Positions 1-14,680 of a DNA stretch of 64,000 nt are shown in pieces; positions within the stretch are counted from its first letter, which is position 1, and every line of letters begins with the position of its first letter. Both the position numbers and the translations under genes were made by a program. Source of the stretch: the human T2T-CHM13v2.0 reference genome, Homo sapiens. Below the pieces are notes generated by a model. That model did no database searches. It was not told the origin of the DNA and saw only the letters and a list, made by a program, of their open reading frames with translations. The stretch lies in NCBI RefSeq assembly GCF_009914755.1, contig NC_060930.1. One strand, given 5' to 3'.

Positions 1-409
1 CAGCACCTTCAGGAGTTCAGCAACCTGGAAACTCCCTGAACCCTGTCCTTTATGGTTTTGTACAGAGGTTTTATTATGTAAACATGATTGACTACATCAG
101 TGGCTATTGGTGATTAATTCAGCCTCCAGCTCCTCTTCTTTCCCCAGAGGTTGAAAAGTGAGGCTGAAAATTGCAAACCTTTCTTCACTAGGTTGGTTCC
201 CCTGACAAGTCCTCATCAGGAGGCTATCCAGGATCACCCAGCTAGTGCCCCGGGATCTAATCAGCATACAAAAAGACACAAATCACTTTAGAGATTTCCA
301 GGGTTTTAGGGGCTATGTGTAAAAAAAAAGGAGGGGTGTGTAGAGATCAAATATATTTTTCTTATTATATTGTATATCACATTTCTTTATTATATATTAT
401 AATATCACA
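1..409 (-). mobile_element. MER21-family LTR, 5' portion (runs off window start)
   Basis: Resembles recalled MER21 consensus (ccctgaaccctgtcctt..., tcagcatacaaaaagacac..., ends ...aatatcaca = TGTGATATT on minus strand). Confidence 0.7.
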
Positions 410-414
410 AAGTT

Positions 415-517
415 CCATAAGAATCATTTCAAACTTTTAGCCTCAAGAATTATAACAAATGTATGTTTTAAGCTATTATATTTGTGATAATTAGAGCACC
501 AATAGGAAACTAAAACA
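415..517 (+). mobile_element. MLT1 (MaLR) LTR 3' end fragment
   Basis: tgttttaagcta...tttgtgataatt...aataggaaactaaaaca resembles the MLT1 3' terminus. Confidence 0.5.
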
Positions 518-539
518 AGCAGGTATTTTATTTAAGAAG

Positions 540-1120
<581 letters not shown>

Positions 1121-1129
1121 CACCATTTC

Positions 1130-1493
1130 TCTACACATACAACACTTCCGATAGCAAATGTGCTTTTTTTTTCCACATGAAGCAGTTTTATATCTCTCTG
1201 GATATCAGCTGCGTGTCTCACAATTTAATCCAATTCTGACACTATTTACCTAGAGTTAGCATCAGGTCACACAAGTTAAATGCTTCAGTCCCACAAGACT
1301 AACACCATTTTTGATGCTAACTGCAAATCTGGGTCTCATGTACTTTTGACTGACTGGCTATAAATCAGAGGCTTCTACCACCCTCTCCTTGAGTTTGATA
1401 ATTTGCTAGAACAGCTCACAGAACTTGGGAAAACACTTTATTTACATTCCATAGTTTGTTGTAAAAGACACAACTCAGGAACAGCAATATGGG
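1130..1493 (-). mobile_element. Second MER21-family LTR fragment
   Basis: caattctgacacta...gagttagcatcag...cagtcccacaagact...gaacagctcacagaact resembles MER21. Confidence 0.65.
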
Positions 1494-3684
1494 TATATGT
1501 TTCATAATAAAAAAGTTTTAAAAATGATTTTATTTCAATGAAGAATACATTTGAAAAAAGTTGTTTTCTGGTCAGACCATAAATTAAAATATTAATGTTT
1601 TAGTACTTTTAGTCAAAATATATTTTGTGGTTCTTAAATTTGCAATTTGGAAAATTATTAATCTTTAAAAAAATCAAAACTTTCTCATTCATTTATTCTT
1701 TAAATGGATATTTATTGATGCCTGTCCATCAAGTACTATAATTTTTCTATTTAGATTATTTGACTAAAAGATAGTCTTTGCTTTAGCTATACAAGATGCA
1801 ATATTTTTAAAAGATTATATGAATATGCATCTCCACAGATGCCTACCTTTCTGCCACAGATGATCAGAGAAAGACCAATTTGTTTGCAAAACAGGTCTAG
1901 TCTCATTAAACTTGGCCTGATTATTTACATAAGTGTAGCAAGAACAGTGATCAACCATATAGGCCCTTTTAAGTCTGCTTTTAAAAAGGAATCTCTGATT
2001 AGACTTTTAAAAGTGTTCTCCCTGCTAGTAAGCCAAAGACTTGCCATCAGAATTTGCCTGTAATACCTATAAATTTAGGGAAATTCTTCTGTTTTTAAGA
2101 ACCTCGAAATATTTTTGAGGTTCTTGGGCCTTCTTTCATGAGGGTTGGGAACCTTTAAAGCCAGATGTCAGGCCAATTATTTACAAGGGCCTTTATTGGC
2201 TCCACAGAGTCAACCTTAGTTTTTTAAAACTGTCTGATCATATCTGAGTCTATGTACATTCTCAACTGTAATGTTCCATTCAAAGCCCTGATAATACTGT
2301 ATAACCAGAGTTTCCAGTTGTCTCCTGTTACAAGGCAAGCAGATTCCTATTGAACTTATGCAAATAATGATATTGCCATAAAGTAAGAATACTCACAGAT
2401 AGCTTTTGAATTCTAGAGGGATCAGGTAAAAAGAAAAAGTAATTGTTTCATCTTTTTTCACAGAGGTATACTTTATCAAATTGCTGTAAGTTATAGATAG
2501 CTTAAGGGAAAAGCAAACTGTTTCCTTAAATCTGAAAAAGTAAAGCATTAAAGAGCCAGCAATGTTTCAAACAAAAAGGCCATAAAATTAATAATCTATT
2601 TGTTCAGTCCCGTGTAATTAATTCTTGTTCTGCTTGATGTTGGGTTAGCAGTTTTATGAACCAATCAGTTTCTTCATTAGAGTCCTGGAAATTATTTACC
2701 TAGTTCAATGGTGTGACCTTAAAGTTGGAAACCTGTATTTGTCAGTCTTTTTCCTGAATCTTCTTGAAGATGAAACATTTTAGGACTACAGATGCTTGCA
2801 AAAGCTTTCAGAGTAAAACAAGTAACCATCTATGGACAACAATGCTTACAATTGACATGGTTAAAGATCTGATGACAGAGTTCATTATAATAATGATGAA
2901 ATTGACAAGGAAATTTGGATATTTCTATGGCATACAATATTTTAACACAATACCAAAATTATGCCTGATAAAGTGTCAGGACACACCAAATTTTTAGAAA
3001 TTTTATGTAATTTCTGTGACATTCATAACATATCCATGTAAATATAATTCAAAGAAGGTTAAACAACATTTTTTATTTGACAATGCTTCCCATGCAAATT
3101 TAACATATCAAATAAGTCTAATTAGTGTGATACCTTTCCTTTTAAAAAGAGCGAGAAAAAATAATTTTTATATATTCCAGAAATCCCTAGAAATTCTCAA
3201 AGTTAGTTCAAGCTCAAAAATACTTAATTTAGAACTTAATTTTGTAAAGTTTATAAAAAATATCAAAGGTTTAAAACATTTGATTAAAAGACAATCACAC
3301 GTCACTTTGAAACAATAGTCATTCATTTAACCAGAGTGATAATTAAAAGACTTCAAAGGCAATTGCAGAAAGTTACATAGTTTAAGGAAAAATATCCCTT
3401 TGCTGTTTGAATAAAGAGGACTCAGTTTTCTTAAGTATTTGAAGACCTAACAACATGAAGCACAGGAAATTATTTTAATAAAACACAGAATTTTCCTCCC
3501 AAGCGAGTTACTTAAAGGCAAAGAAAAAACTTTCACAATCAGTTTAAAAGAGAAGATCAAATTCTGGTTGTAGTTCAGTGGACTTTTGATATTAAGGTGA
3601 TTTTTTTAAATAACTTATAAACAAATCCATTCAAATCTTAGCCACCTTGACCACAGATAAAATTCCTTTCCTAAGATTATTTAA

Positions 3685-4014
<330 letters not shown>

Positions 4015-4568
4015 CAACTTTCTTATATCTATTCAGTTTTGCCTGTTCTCTTTCAGTGTGGCACAGTTCATGTTTACTTACAGACCCAAATATCTTTTTT
4101 TCTTCTGTAATAAGAAGCCAAGTGTAGAAAAACTTATGTTCCACAATTAATGTTTCAGTATCCGATTTGAAAAGTGATTTAGATATTCAATTTAATATTC
4201 ATTATTTAATTTAACTGAGTAAAACTCCAAGGGAATAAGTTAACAAAGAGATTTCAAAAACTCTTTTCAAATAGACATAACATCAAACAAAGCTAGCCAT
4301 CAGCAAGTTATTTCCCTATAGGTATTTTCACTGTATGCACATGTTAGGCAGCCATCATGAAAGCAAGAGTCCTAAAAAGTTAACTACACTGTTTTTTTTT
4401 TTGTTTGTGCTTGAAATATATTAGTAATGTACACTGCATGTCACTTGCACATTTTCTTTATAATATTAAATATCTAGTAGAGATAAATGTATCTGACTAG
4501 TAAACCCAGGTAAAATAAAAATATCAAGCTCATATTATACCTAAAACTGATAACTCAGAAGATGCAAC

Positions 4569-4876
4569 TTTTTTTTTTTTTTTTTTTTTTTGAGCCAGAG
4601 TCTCACTCTGTTGCCCAGGCTGGAGTGCAGTGGCGCAATCTTGCTCACTGCAATCTCCGCCTCCCTCCTGGGTTCAAGCGATTCTCCTGCCTCAGCCTCC
4701 CAAGTAGCTGGGATTACATGAGCCCACCACTACGCCGGGCTAATTTTTGTATTTTTCGTAGAGACAGGGTTTCACCATGTTGACCAGGCTGGTCTCAAAC
4801 TCCTGACATCAGGCGATCAGCCTGCCTTGGCCTCCCAAAGTGTTGTGATTACAGGCGTGAGCCACTGCGCCTGACC
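4569..4876 (-). mobile_element. AluS
   Basis: Poly-T followed by antisense dimeric Alu. Confidence 0.95.
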
Positions 4877-5252
4877 ACAGCTATTTTAATAAATGAACAA
4901 TATTAAACTAACCTTATTTACCAAAGATGTACCAGTCATGAGAACTTGAAACACATTTTGGGTTACTTTCTATAATTCCAAGAGTTTAAGAAAAGTATTG
5001 ATGTGCTGCAAAATGACATTTCAGTAAATGAGGGACTGTGTATAAAAAGTGGTCTCATAAGATTATAATGAGGTTGAAAAAGTACTGTTGCTTAATGGCT
5101 TTGTAGCATAGTTTTTAGTGCAATGCATTATTCACATGCTTATATGATACTCACATGTTTATGTGTTTTTTTAAACCAACTGAACTACCAGTAATGTAAA
5201 TTATAGCACAAACAATTATGTGCAGTACATAATGCATGATACTGATCATAAA

Positions 5253-5505
5253 TGGAAACTGACCCAATAGTTCCATAGTTTTTTTTTAAATAAAAATAGA
5301 AATCCACCCTTCTGGTCTTAAAGTTTAAAACTTATATTTGTTGTATCTGAGTTCCTTCCTCAGGAAACAACCTTCAGGCCTCTCACAAAGAGTATCAAAT
5401 ACCTGAAACTCACCAGATCACCACATTCAATGAGTTGGATTTCTTCCTTACCCCTCCCTAGTTCCTGCCTTCTTACACATTGTTACATTACTTCCCTGCT
5501 ATACT
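5253..5505 (+). mobile_element. ERV1 LTR 5' fragment (MER4-group-like, subfamily uncertain) nested in Tigger3b
   Basis: aaactgacccaatagttccatag...tgaaactcaccagatcacc interrupts colinear Tigger3b sequence. Confidence 0.6.
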
Positions 5506-6309
5506 GAACTGTACTTTTTATCATTATTTTAGACTATACTTCTTGTACTTATTTTTAAAAATTGCTGTAAAACAGCCTCAGGTATGTCTTGCAAGAGGTA
5601 TTCCAGAAGAAGCCTTATCATCATAGGAGACAGCAGCTTCATGCATGTTATTAACCATGAAAAACTTCCAGTGGGACAAGATGTGGAGGTGGAAGACAGT
5701 GATCTTGATGATCCTTGCCCCGTGTAGGCCTAGGCTAACATATGTACTTTGTATTAGTTTTTAACAAAAGTTTAAAAAGTTAAAAAACATTTAAAAATAG
5801 AAAAAAGCTTACAGAATAAGATTTTAAAGATATATATTTTTGTACCATTGTGCAACATGTTTGTGTTTTAAGCTGTTACTATGAAAGTCTAAAAGTTAAA
5901 AAAAATTTTAAAGTTTATAAAGTAAAAAGAGTAAGCTAAGGTTAATTTATTATTGAAGAAAGTTTTTGTATAAATTTAGGGTAATCTAAGTGTACAGTGT
6001 TATAAGATCTACAGCAGTGCACAATGATGTCCTGGTTTTCACCTTCACTTACCACTCACTCATTGACTCAGTGCAATTTCCAATCCTGCAAGGTCCATTT
6101 ATGATAAGTACTGTATGCAAAAGCTCCATTTAAAAAATCTTTTATAGCATATTTTTTCTATACACTTTGGTGTTACAATTGCTTACAGCATCCAGTACAA
6201 TAACCTCCTATGTAGGCTTGTGGCTAGGAGCAATTGGCTACACAAGATAGCCTAGGTATATAACAGGCCATGCTGTCTAGATTTGTGTAAATACACTCTA
6301 TGATGTTTG

Positions 6310-6815
6310 TGTAACCAAACTCACGTTTGGCTGCTTGCTGCTCGGAAAGCCAGACACTGGAAGTGAGGTTTGGTGGAAGGAAAGCAGGTTTATTCAAGTG
6401 GTAGCTGCTTGGGAGACAGCCATATTCTAGTCTCAAAAAGCCATCGCAAACTTTCAGGCTAACTAAAGGGGTTTTAAGGGGAAAGGTGGCATGGAAACTA
6501 TGTGTATGAGTGGCGTAGGGTATAGATCTGCTTCTCATCCAATGGCTATCTTGAGTAATGGACTATCCAGGGGCCTGGTTGGTATCAAGTTATGGATCAA
6601 CTGTGCAACTGCCATCTCTGCTTCCTGCCTGGATTGTTTTAAGATTAGCCTTTGGAGTTCTCCAGTGAACAGGTAGTTAGATATATGTGTAGCAAGAAAC
6701 AAAGGGAGGGAAGGGTTACTTTTAGAGGAAGCTAGCAAACTGACTATACTGGTTACATGAAGGGAGGGAAGGGTTACTTTTAGAGAAAGCTAGCAAACTG
6801 ACTATACTGGTTACA
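6310..6815 (-). mobile_element. Solo LTR (ERV1-type, 4-bp TSD) nested in Tigger3b; family uncertain
   Basis: TGTAACC...GGTTACA termini; TSD tttg at 6306-6309 and 6816-6819; AATAAA on minus strand near 6390. Confidence 0.75.
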
Positions 6816-7086
6816 TTTGCACAGTGACAAAATCATCTAATGGCTCGTTTCTCAGAACGTATTGTATCCTCGTTGGTAAGCAACACATGACTGTACTTAG
6901 TTTATATAACCTCTTTGTTTTCCTTAAGCCAATTAAATAATGAATTGGCTTATATTAAATAAAGCTCTTTTAAAAGTTAATTTTGTCAATACCATCTGGA
7001 GGTAGAAGAATATCACATATAGATTACATACATACATAGATGTGCATAAGCACATAGACAGAAGTAAATACATATCATATAAATTC

Positions 7087-7768
<682 letters not shown>

Positions 7769-7958
7769 GCTTCTGTTTTAAAATTTATGTCATGTACCAT
7801 GTACAATAATAAAAAACTCACTGGTAGTTTATAAAATAATACATGAATCAGAATTTTATTCTGGCCAATGAAATAAGACTTCCTTCATTGATAGCTAACA
7901 CTTTCTACTACTATTTGTGAAGAGGTTTTAAGATTTTTTATTTGGCAGTTTCTAAATA

Positions 7959-8109
7959 CAGTTGACCCTTGAACAACACAGGTTTGAATGGTGGAGGTCC
8001 ACATATACACCAATATTTTTTCAACCAAATGCAGATAAAAAATACAGTATTCCTGGGATGCAAAACCCATACCTATGGAGGGCTGACTTTTTGTACATGT
8101 GGGTTCCAG
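7959..8109 (+). mobile_element. MER8 (Tigger-family MITE), 3'-truncated
   Basis: TA followed by cagttgacccttgaacaacacaggtttgaa...aaaatacagtattc. Confidence 0.8.
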
Positions 8110-8669
8110 GAATGGCTCTTAGGTAAGACAAGGCAAAAAAAATTACATCTCAAATGCAGAGTTTAAACCTGTGCTTTAATACCATCATTTTCAGAAACAA
8201 AGAATGGTGTAGGTAAAGGCCCAGTTAAAATAAGATGGCCAAAAAAAGCAACTTAAACAAAGGTAAGGTTTGTTCTATAGATTTAAGCTGAGACCTCTCC
8301 AGTCTAAGAGTTTCTAGTGATTTAGCCCTTTTTTCCTTTCTTGTGCAGAGAGAGATCCACACTTACAAATGGAGATTTTCTTTATAGATTGATTTTTTTT
8401 TCCTAACAAAAGGGTCTACAGTAACTGGCTGAAATAGTCCTTATGCCAGAAAGGCATATTTTGGAGACTAATTCAGCTACACAGGCTGCTTCTTCACCCA
8501 ATCTGTGTTTCTTTAACTAGATTACTGAGTTCAGGGTGGAGCTCATTAATAAGTAGGGCAAACAGAGCATTTTCTATTCCTGGACTCAGCATGGATAGAC
8601 CAGAATCTTTTATAAACAATACTTCTAACCTTTACTTACAGTCAGAAACACGTTAATCCTTTTTCTTTT

Positions 8670-8972
<303 letters not shown>

Positions 8973-9595
8973 ATCCTTTTTCTTTTCACAAGATTGAATG
9001 ACCAGTTAGGGTTTGTTTAGTTTTTTAGGAAGTACTTTGGGTTTTAAGAGGTTGTTATTTTCTTAACCCTTTTCTTTGTCTATCTTGGAAGATTAAGTAA
9101 TTGAATCTTTGATATATTTCTCAGTACCTTCCATTTGGCTTTAGCCATCTATTTTCAGGGTTTACCAGGTCCCAGTATCATGTAAATGTAAGTTGCCAAA
9201 GGTCATAGTCTTGGATCATATACTCCAGTGAGAATTCTAAACTTCTTGGCAATTTTATGGAGGTTTCCTTTGGGACAGGAAAACATTTCACTTTTTCTCT
9301 GTTCTCAAGATTTTGATCAACACGAGCAGGTGGTTAGAAAAGCACACCTGATTGTTCTGAAGGCCTAACTTTGTAAGGCACTTGTTTAATTTTCTTTTTA
9401 TTTTTAGGGTGAGAAGGTAAGTAAGCTAAAAAGGTTGTAGATTCAGAGTAGGCAGAGAAGAATAGAGAGAAAGTGTAGTTGGAGATAAGTCAGTCGATAT
9501 ACTGTTACTTCTAATCAATTAATTGCTTACACTTTTCTTTTGCCTTTTGTAAGGATTTTAGAGAATATATATATTCTCATTTAGTCTTTTAGAAG

Positions 9596-9856
9596 CTCTG
9601 CATGCCAAACATACATTCTCCATTGTTTCTGAGGCATTTGTAATCCCTTTCTTTATTCTAGCGCACCTTGCAAGTGAACAGTTTTATCTAATTTAAGACT
9701 TTCATTCTCTGGTGGATGTGACTCTGAGTTACCTTTGGTAAGTTTCATCAATTTCTCTAGAAAAGCACATATTCTTGGTCTATAGTTCTTATAGATGAAA
9801 TTGGCTAGAGTTCCACATGGAGGAGTTCTAGACTTCTTGGATCCAGATGAATCCAT
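9596..9856 (-). pseudogene. Decayed ERV gag matrix (MA)-like reading frame
   Basis: ORF MDSSGSKKSRTPPCGTLANFIYKNY...SLKLDKTVHLQGALE* continues in frame past the stop as RKGLQMPQKQWRMYVWHAE; sits at the 5' end of the ERV internal relic. Confidence 0.55.
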
Positions 9857-12040
9857 GACCCCTGTCTTCTTGTAATCTTACCTGCTGGAGACCTCCCTAC
9901 TGCACCCAGTCCAGTTTCTGTCTGACACAGTATAACATCTCAAAAAAATAAATAAACTTCGAAACATAGGTTTTAACTGACATTTTTCCCTGAGTGTCCT
10001 AATCAGTAAGTGAGGAAGAAAGATACTGAGTTAAAACTCAGTATCTTTTTATTAGCAATTCTCCATTACATGGAAATATAATTTGTTCATCTATTGTCTG
10101 GATAGAAAAAGCAGAATGGAAACTAGAAGCAAACCGAAGCTCATACAAGGGAAGAAGTAAATAAATGCATAACAAAACAAGATCAGAGTATTTTGATGTC
10201 AGATTTTCTACTTCTGCCATTTGTAGAAACCAGGGTATTGCAGAAATTAATAAGGCAGTATTTTATGGATTGACTTGTTCTGGTAAGAAGAGACCCCCAA
10301 CTCTTTCATTACAGAGAAGCAATGTAAACTAAGCACTGAACTCCGTATCACTACAAATAGCTATTCTAATCTGCATGTCGGAATAAAATTGACGCATTCA
10401 TAGTATGTGGATATTTAAAAGAACATTTAAAAGATATGTTTGTAGGCACTTTCTCTGAATAAGGAACTCCTGTGTTTCAGCTGCCTTCTCTATACAGCTG
10501 AACTCATCTGTTAACAGGATTAATTTTAATAAGCCATTTCTAAGATCTAACAAAAATTAAAGTAGTCACTGTTTTTCACACTAAACCCAGTAGGAAAAGA
10601 ATGTTCCCCCAATTTTATAGACAGAAAACTGTACAGAGAGAAATAACGTGTCCATCAATATTATCATAGATGAAGTTGCTAAGGCAAGATGCATAATCAG
10701 TTTGTCAGCTCTTGGTATCTTTATAGCAGTTTAGATCTGTTCTTGGTGTTTCCTCTGCCCATGTGGAATTCACCTAAATTTTAGAGGGTTACAGGCCATG
10801 GAGGGGAGGATTCAACAGAGAAGCTGTTGAAGAAAACAGGACTATCCACAGGCAGGTGTTCCCTGAGGAAATGAATTGGCTTCTAGGATCCACCCCTCTT
10901 TCCCAACTAGTAGAAACCATCCTTGAATATGGTGAACAGGTAAGGGACTTCTTCTAGGAAGTTACTTGCACTTGATGTTTCTTTTTTCTAGCCAAAGGGT
11001 CTCATAATAGCTGGCTAAAAATAGTCTTTATTCCAGAAAGGCATATTTTGGAGACTAATTCAGCTACACAAGCTGCTTCTCAACCCAGTCTGTGTTGAGA
11101 AGACTAGGTTTGTGTGTGTGTAAGCATCTACACACACAAACCATTTAACTTAAGGGCACTATGTTTTGTGTCCTCAGGATAAATGGTTTGTATGTGTCAA
11201 TGATTAGCTTAAATCAGAAGTAGTCCTTGGATACAGAGAAACTTAAGGTATATAGAGGACAGATTCACACTTGTTTCCACAGCAACAGGATTTCCCCCCT
11301 GAGCTTAATCCCTAAATGTCAATTTGTTGTTTTCACTCTAAATTTTAAAATCATACCTTAGCTAAATCTAATACCATTTATAATATTTTGGAATTCTAAC
11401 AGATATAGATAACCTCAGACCTCACTGTAGTGAAAAAATAAATAATTAGCACTTCCTAGTCCATTTTGGAAGATGTAATAAATGATAAAAATAGAGTTAA
11501 AAGACATTTTATTGTTGTTTTTCCTTTTAAATCTTCTTTATTTTTTCTCAGAGGTATAACAGGGCATTTAAATAAAAGTATGATAGGGTGCATCATGCCT
11601 GAAACAGTACAATAATGAAGACATTTCTCATGTGTTAGTAACTTACTAGTTCTTGATGACTTTGGATCCAGTCACATGCTTTCTTCGATGTGTGGTTTCT
11701 AGTAAAATCCCAACTCTAATTCTGTACTGTGTCAAAAACTCCCTAAAAATACAAGTGTTAAAATAATCCCCCTTATTTAAAATTCAAACTTTATACATTT
11801 TAAAATATTGAATTTTGGCCACACACTGTGCAGATAACAGTTTTTTATCATTTTCAGGGAATTTTACTGTCATCTATACTTGATATTCACACTTTTAAAA
11901 TTTTCTTTTAAATTCTACAAGGTAATGGTAGTAAGGTGATACTATCCTTTACACTAATCTCCTCTTGAGTCTCCAGAGAAGAGCTGAAGAATCTTCAAAA
12001 GCAAAACAAAAAAGATATGCCCTCCTTAATTGTACAAATA

Positions 12041-12413
12041 TAGTCATTAACAGCATAATGACATTTTGGCCAGTGATGGAATGCATATATGTCAGTGGCT
12101 TCCTAAGTCATAAGGTTGTATTTTTACTGTACCTGTTTTAGGTTTAAATAGGTTTTGACGGACAAATCTTTACCATTGTGTTTCAATTGCCTACACTATT
12201 CAGTACACAACATATTGCACAGATTTGCAGCTGAGCAGCAATAGGCTATGCCATATAGCCTAGTTGTGTAGAAGGCTATACCATCTAGGTTTGTGTAAGT
12301 TCACTCTATGAAGTACACTCTTCAAGTACACTTTATAATGTTTACACAATGATGAAATCACCCAATGATGCATTTCTCAGTATGCAACCCTGTCATTAAG
12401 CAACACATGACTG
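12041..12413 (+). mobile_element. Tigger3a MITE
   Basis: Tigger3 termini (tagtcatt...cataatgacatt / caacacatgactg) flanked by TA; ~370 bp. Confidence 0.85.
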
Positions 12414-14439
12414 TACCAAACTGTCAAGGATGGGGCCATATACAGTCTATACCCCTCCATAGGAATTTCTGTAAACACTGGAAATGCTTGACTATTGAGG
12501 CCTGGAGCTGTGGAAACACGATGTAGCTAATGGCTCCATTCAAAAAAATTGTCACTTCTCTATTGTCCTTTTCATTAGTCACTGCCACTTTTCTGTTTTG
12601 CCAGTTTCATTTTTCCTCCAGACAAACATCCTGTAAGGCATTAAAAAGAAGGGCAGGAGACTAATTAGTGTGTCAAGGGGAACTAGAGGTATGGTGAGAA
12701 ATTCAGAATCTCATTTTCCTTTCCCCCCTTAGAATTGATTTTGCTGTCAGCATTTAAAAAATAACAAATGGATGTGCTTCTATTATTTGATGGAGATAAA
12801 GTACTTTTTCCTCTCCAAGTATAATTTGCTGCAAATTCTATTAACCAAAAATATATTCCAGAATCAAAATTATTAAACATTTTGAATGTCTCAGTCTAAT
12901 TATTTGTGACTATAAAATGGATTGATTTGTATTTGTTTATAAATGTAATTAGGATAAATCCAAATAGAAGTGAAATAAAAGATATATAATCAGATTAGAG
13001 TACTTGCCAGAAAAGCAATGATTTTTTTAAAAAGCTATGCAGCATGGGGAAAATTTTGCTATCTGTTATTATAAATATTATATTTATATAGTTTGTTTAG
13101 TTGCAGACTGAATGAGAGGTAAGATTTTGTTGTTACATTTTTCTTTTAAACCATCTCTAGACCTCTTTGCTTCTAGGTAGAAAGTCTTGTTTTGTAGTAT
13201 GGTTCGTAAATGTTGTCCGGAAGGTGTCACAGGTTAACTCTTATTAATGCTTTTTTTTTTTTTTTGAGGAAAGGAGTGGGCAGGCACCAATTCTGTCTAT
13301 AAACTCCTTTTATTTCATACTGAGAATAGGCGAGATTTGATTGTTTCACATTGTTATCTTGTTTTGATTGATAGTCACATCCTTCCCATTTGGGCATTAG
13401 TGATATGGAAAAGTTAGACTCTTTTGCCAGGGGTGTCATTAATCTGAGTTGTTAGGTATCGATGACCTGAATGTTAACCCTACACGGCAGTTCCACTAAT
13501 TTGTAAGCTTTTCTGGTTTCTGCTCTTTCCTCTTGTCCTGTTTCCCAAGTGATCAATTTCTGTTAGGCTTTCTGTTTGTTTCCAACTGGCTTGCTTTTTT
13601 ATACAGTTTGATTCAAAGATATTGATTTATTCCCCCTGTCCTTCCTCTGGAATGGTACCCGGATCTTATTTTATTTTATTATTTTATATTTATTTATTTA
13701 CTACAGTAATTTGGTGGCAAATAATTCATTTCTTCTGTGTTCCCCCCACCCCCCACTTTCCTGTTTTTAGTGATAAATTGTTCGTGCAAGTTATTTTAGT
13801 GATAATACACTGTGGTTGGTTAACAACAAACTTTCAGGGTACATGAAGCAGGTGTTCTAGTTTTCTTTGCATGGGGAAGGTAGCCCCTCCTTCCTTTCTT
13901 TTCCTTCCTTCCTTCTTTCCCTCTTTCTCCTTCCTTCTTCTTTCTTCTTTCCCAGCTTTGCTACAGGAAAGCATATTTCAGTTCTTATAATCGGGCCACA
14001 GAAGATACCAGAAGGTGGGAGAGCATTGAGGTTAGGACTCAGAGTGAATCCCCACACCCATAAACCTCAAAATAATCAGATAGGCATAAAGAAAATCAAG
14101 AAATTGTCCTTTAAGGAATGGATATAATTTTCTCTGACTCCTTTCAAGGTCTTGTTTTCATCATCATCTGTGGAAAGCTGGACAAACGAGTCATGTTCTT
14201 TTCACTGGGCTTTCAACAACTTGGTTAGAAACTAATGAACTTTTATCAATTAAAAAATAATCGCTTTCTCCTAGTGGAGAAGTTAAGGGCAGTTGTTAGT
14301 AGTTAGAAAATAGAAGAAAGATTGGGGAAGTAACAAGTGAGGAATGAGGGCAGGCTGAAAAGGAGAATCCATGTGGCTGAGTCCCGGTGGAGAAGCTCAG
14401 GGCTTTGCCCCTTGGTCAGCTTCATCTGTTGCCTCATCC

Positions 14440-14680
14440 TTGCTGTACTACTTGGAGCACATTTCCCAAACTTTCTGACCCCCCGTTTCTTTATTTGTGA
14501 ATGAAAAAATTATATCTTTTTCCCAGAGTTATGGTGAGGATTGAAGAAGATAACATAACCTCTGAACTGTGTCTTCTTGAGGGCTAGGATTTTGTCATTT
14601 GCACCTTTCTATGCCTCAGAGTCTAATAAAGTGCCTGGTACACGGTAGGTGCTCAGTAAACATCTGGTTGAAGGAAAGAG
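14440..14680 (+). mobile_element. MIR fragment followed by L2 3' end
   Basis: cgtttctttatttgtgaatg...ggtgaggattga; gtgcctggtacacggtaggtgctcagtaaacatctggttgaa. Confidence 0.6.

Larger units (their letters stand above)
4998..6893 (+). mobile_element. Tigger3b (Golem) DNA transposon with two nested LTR insertions
   Basis: Matches recalled Tigger3b (ggtctcataagattataatg; cttccagtgggacaagatgtggaggtggaagacagtgat); ends caacacatgactg followed by TA. Confidence 0.85.

Noticed and set aside
10830-10946. Possible exon ending in a cag/gtaagg splice donor
   Set aside because: An isolated donor-like motif with no supportable acceptor, frame or transcript evidence
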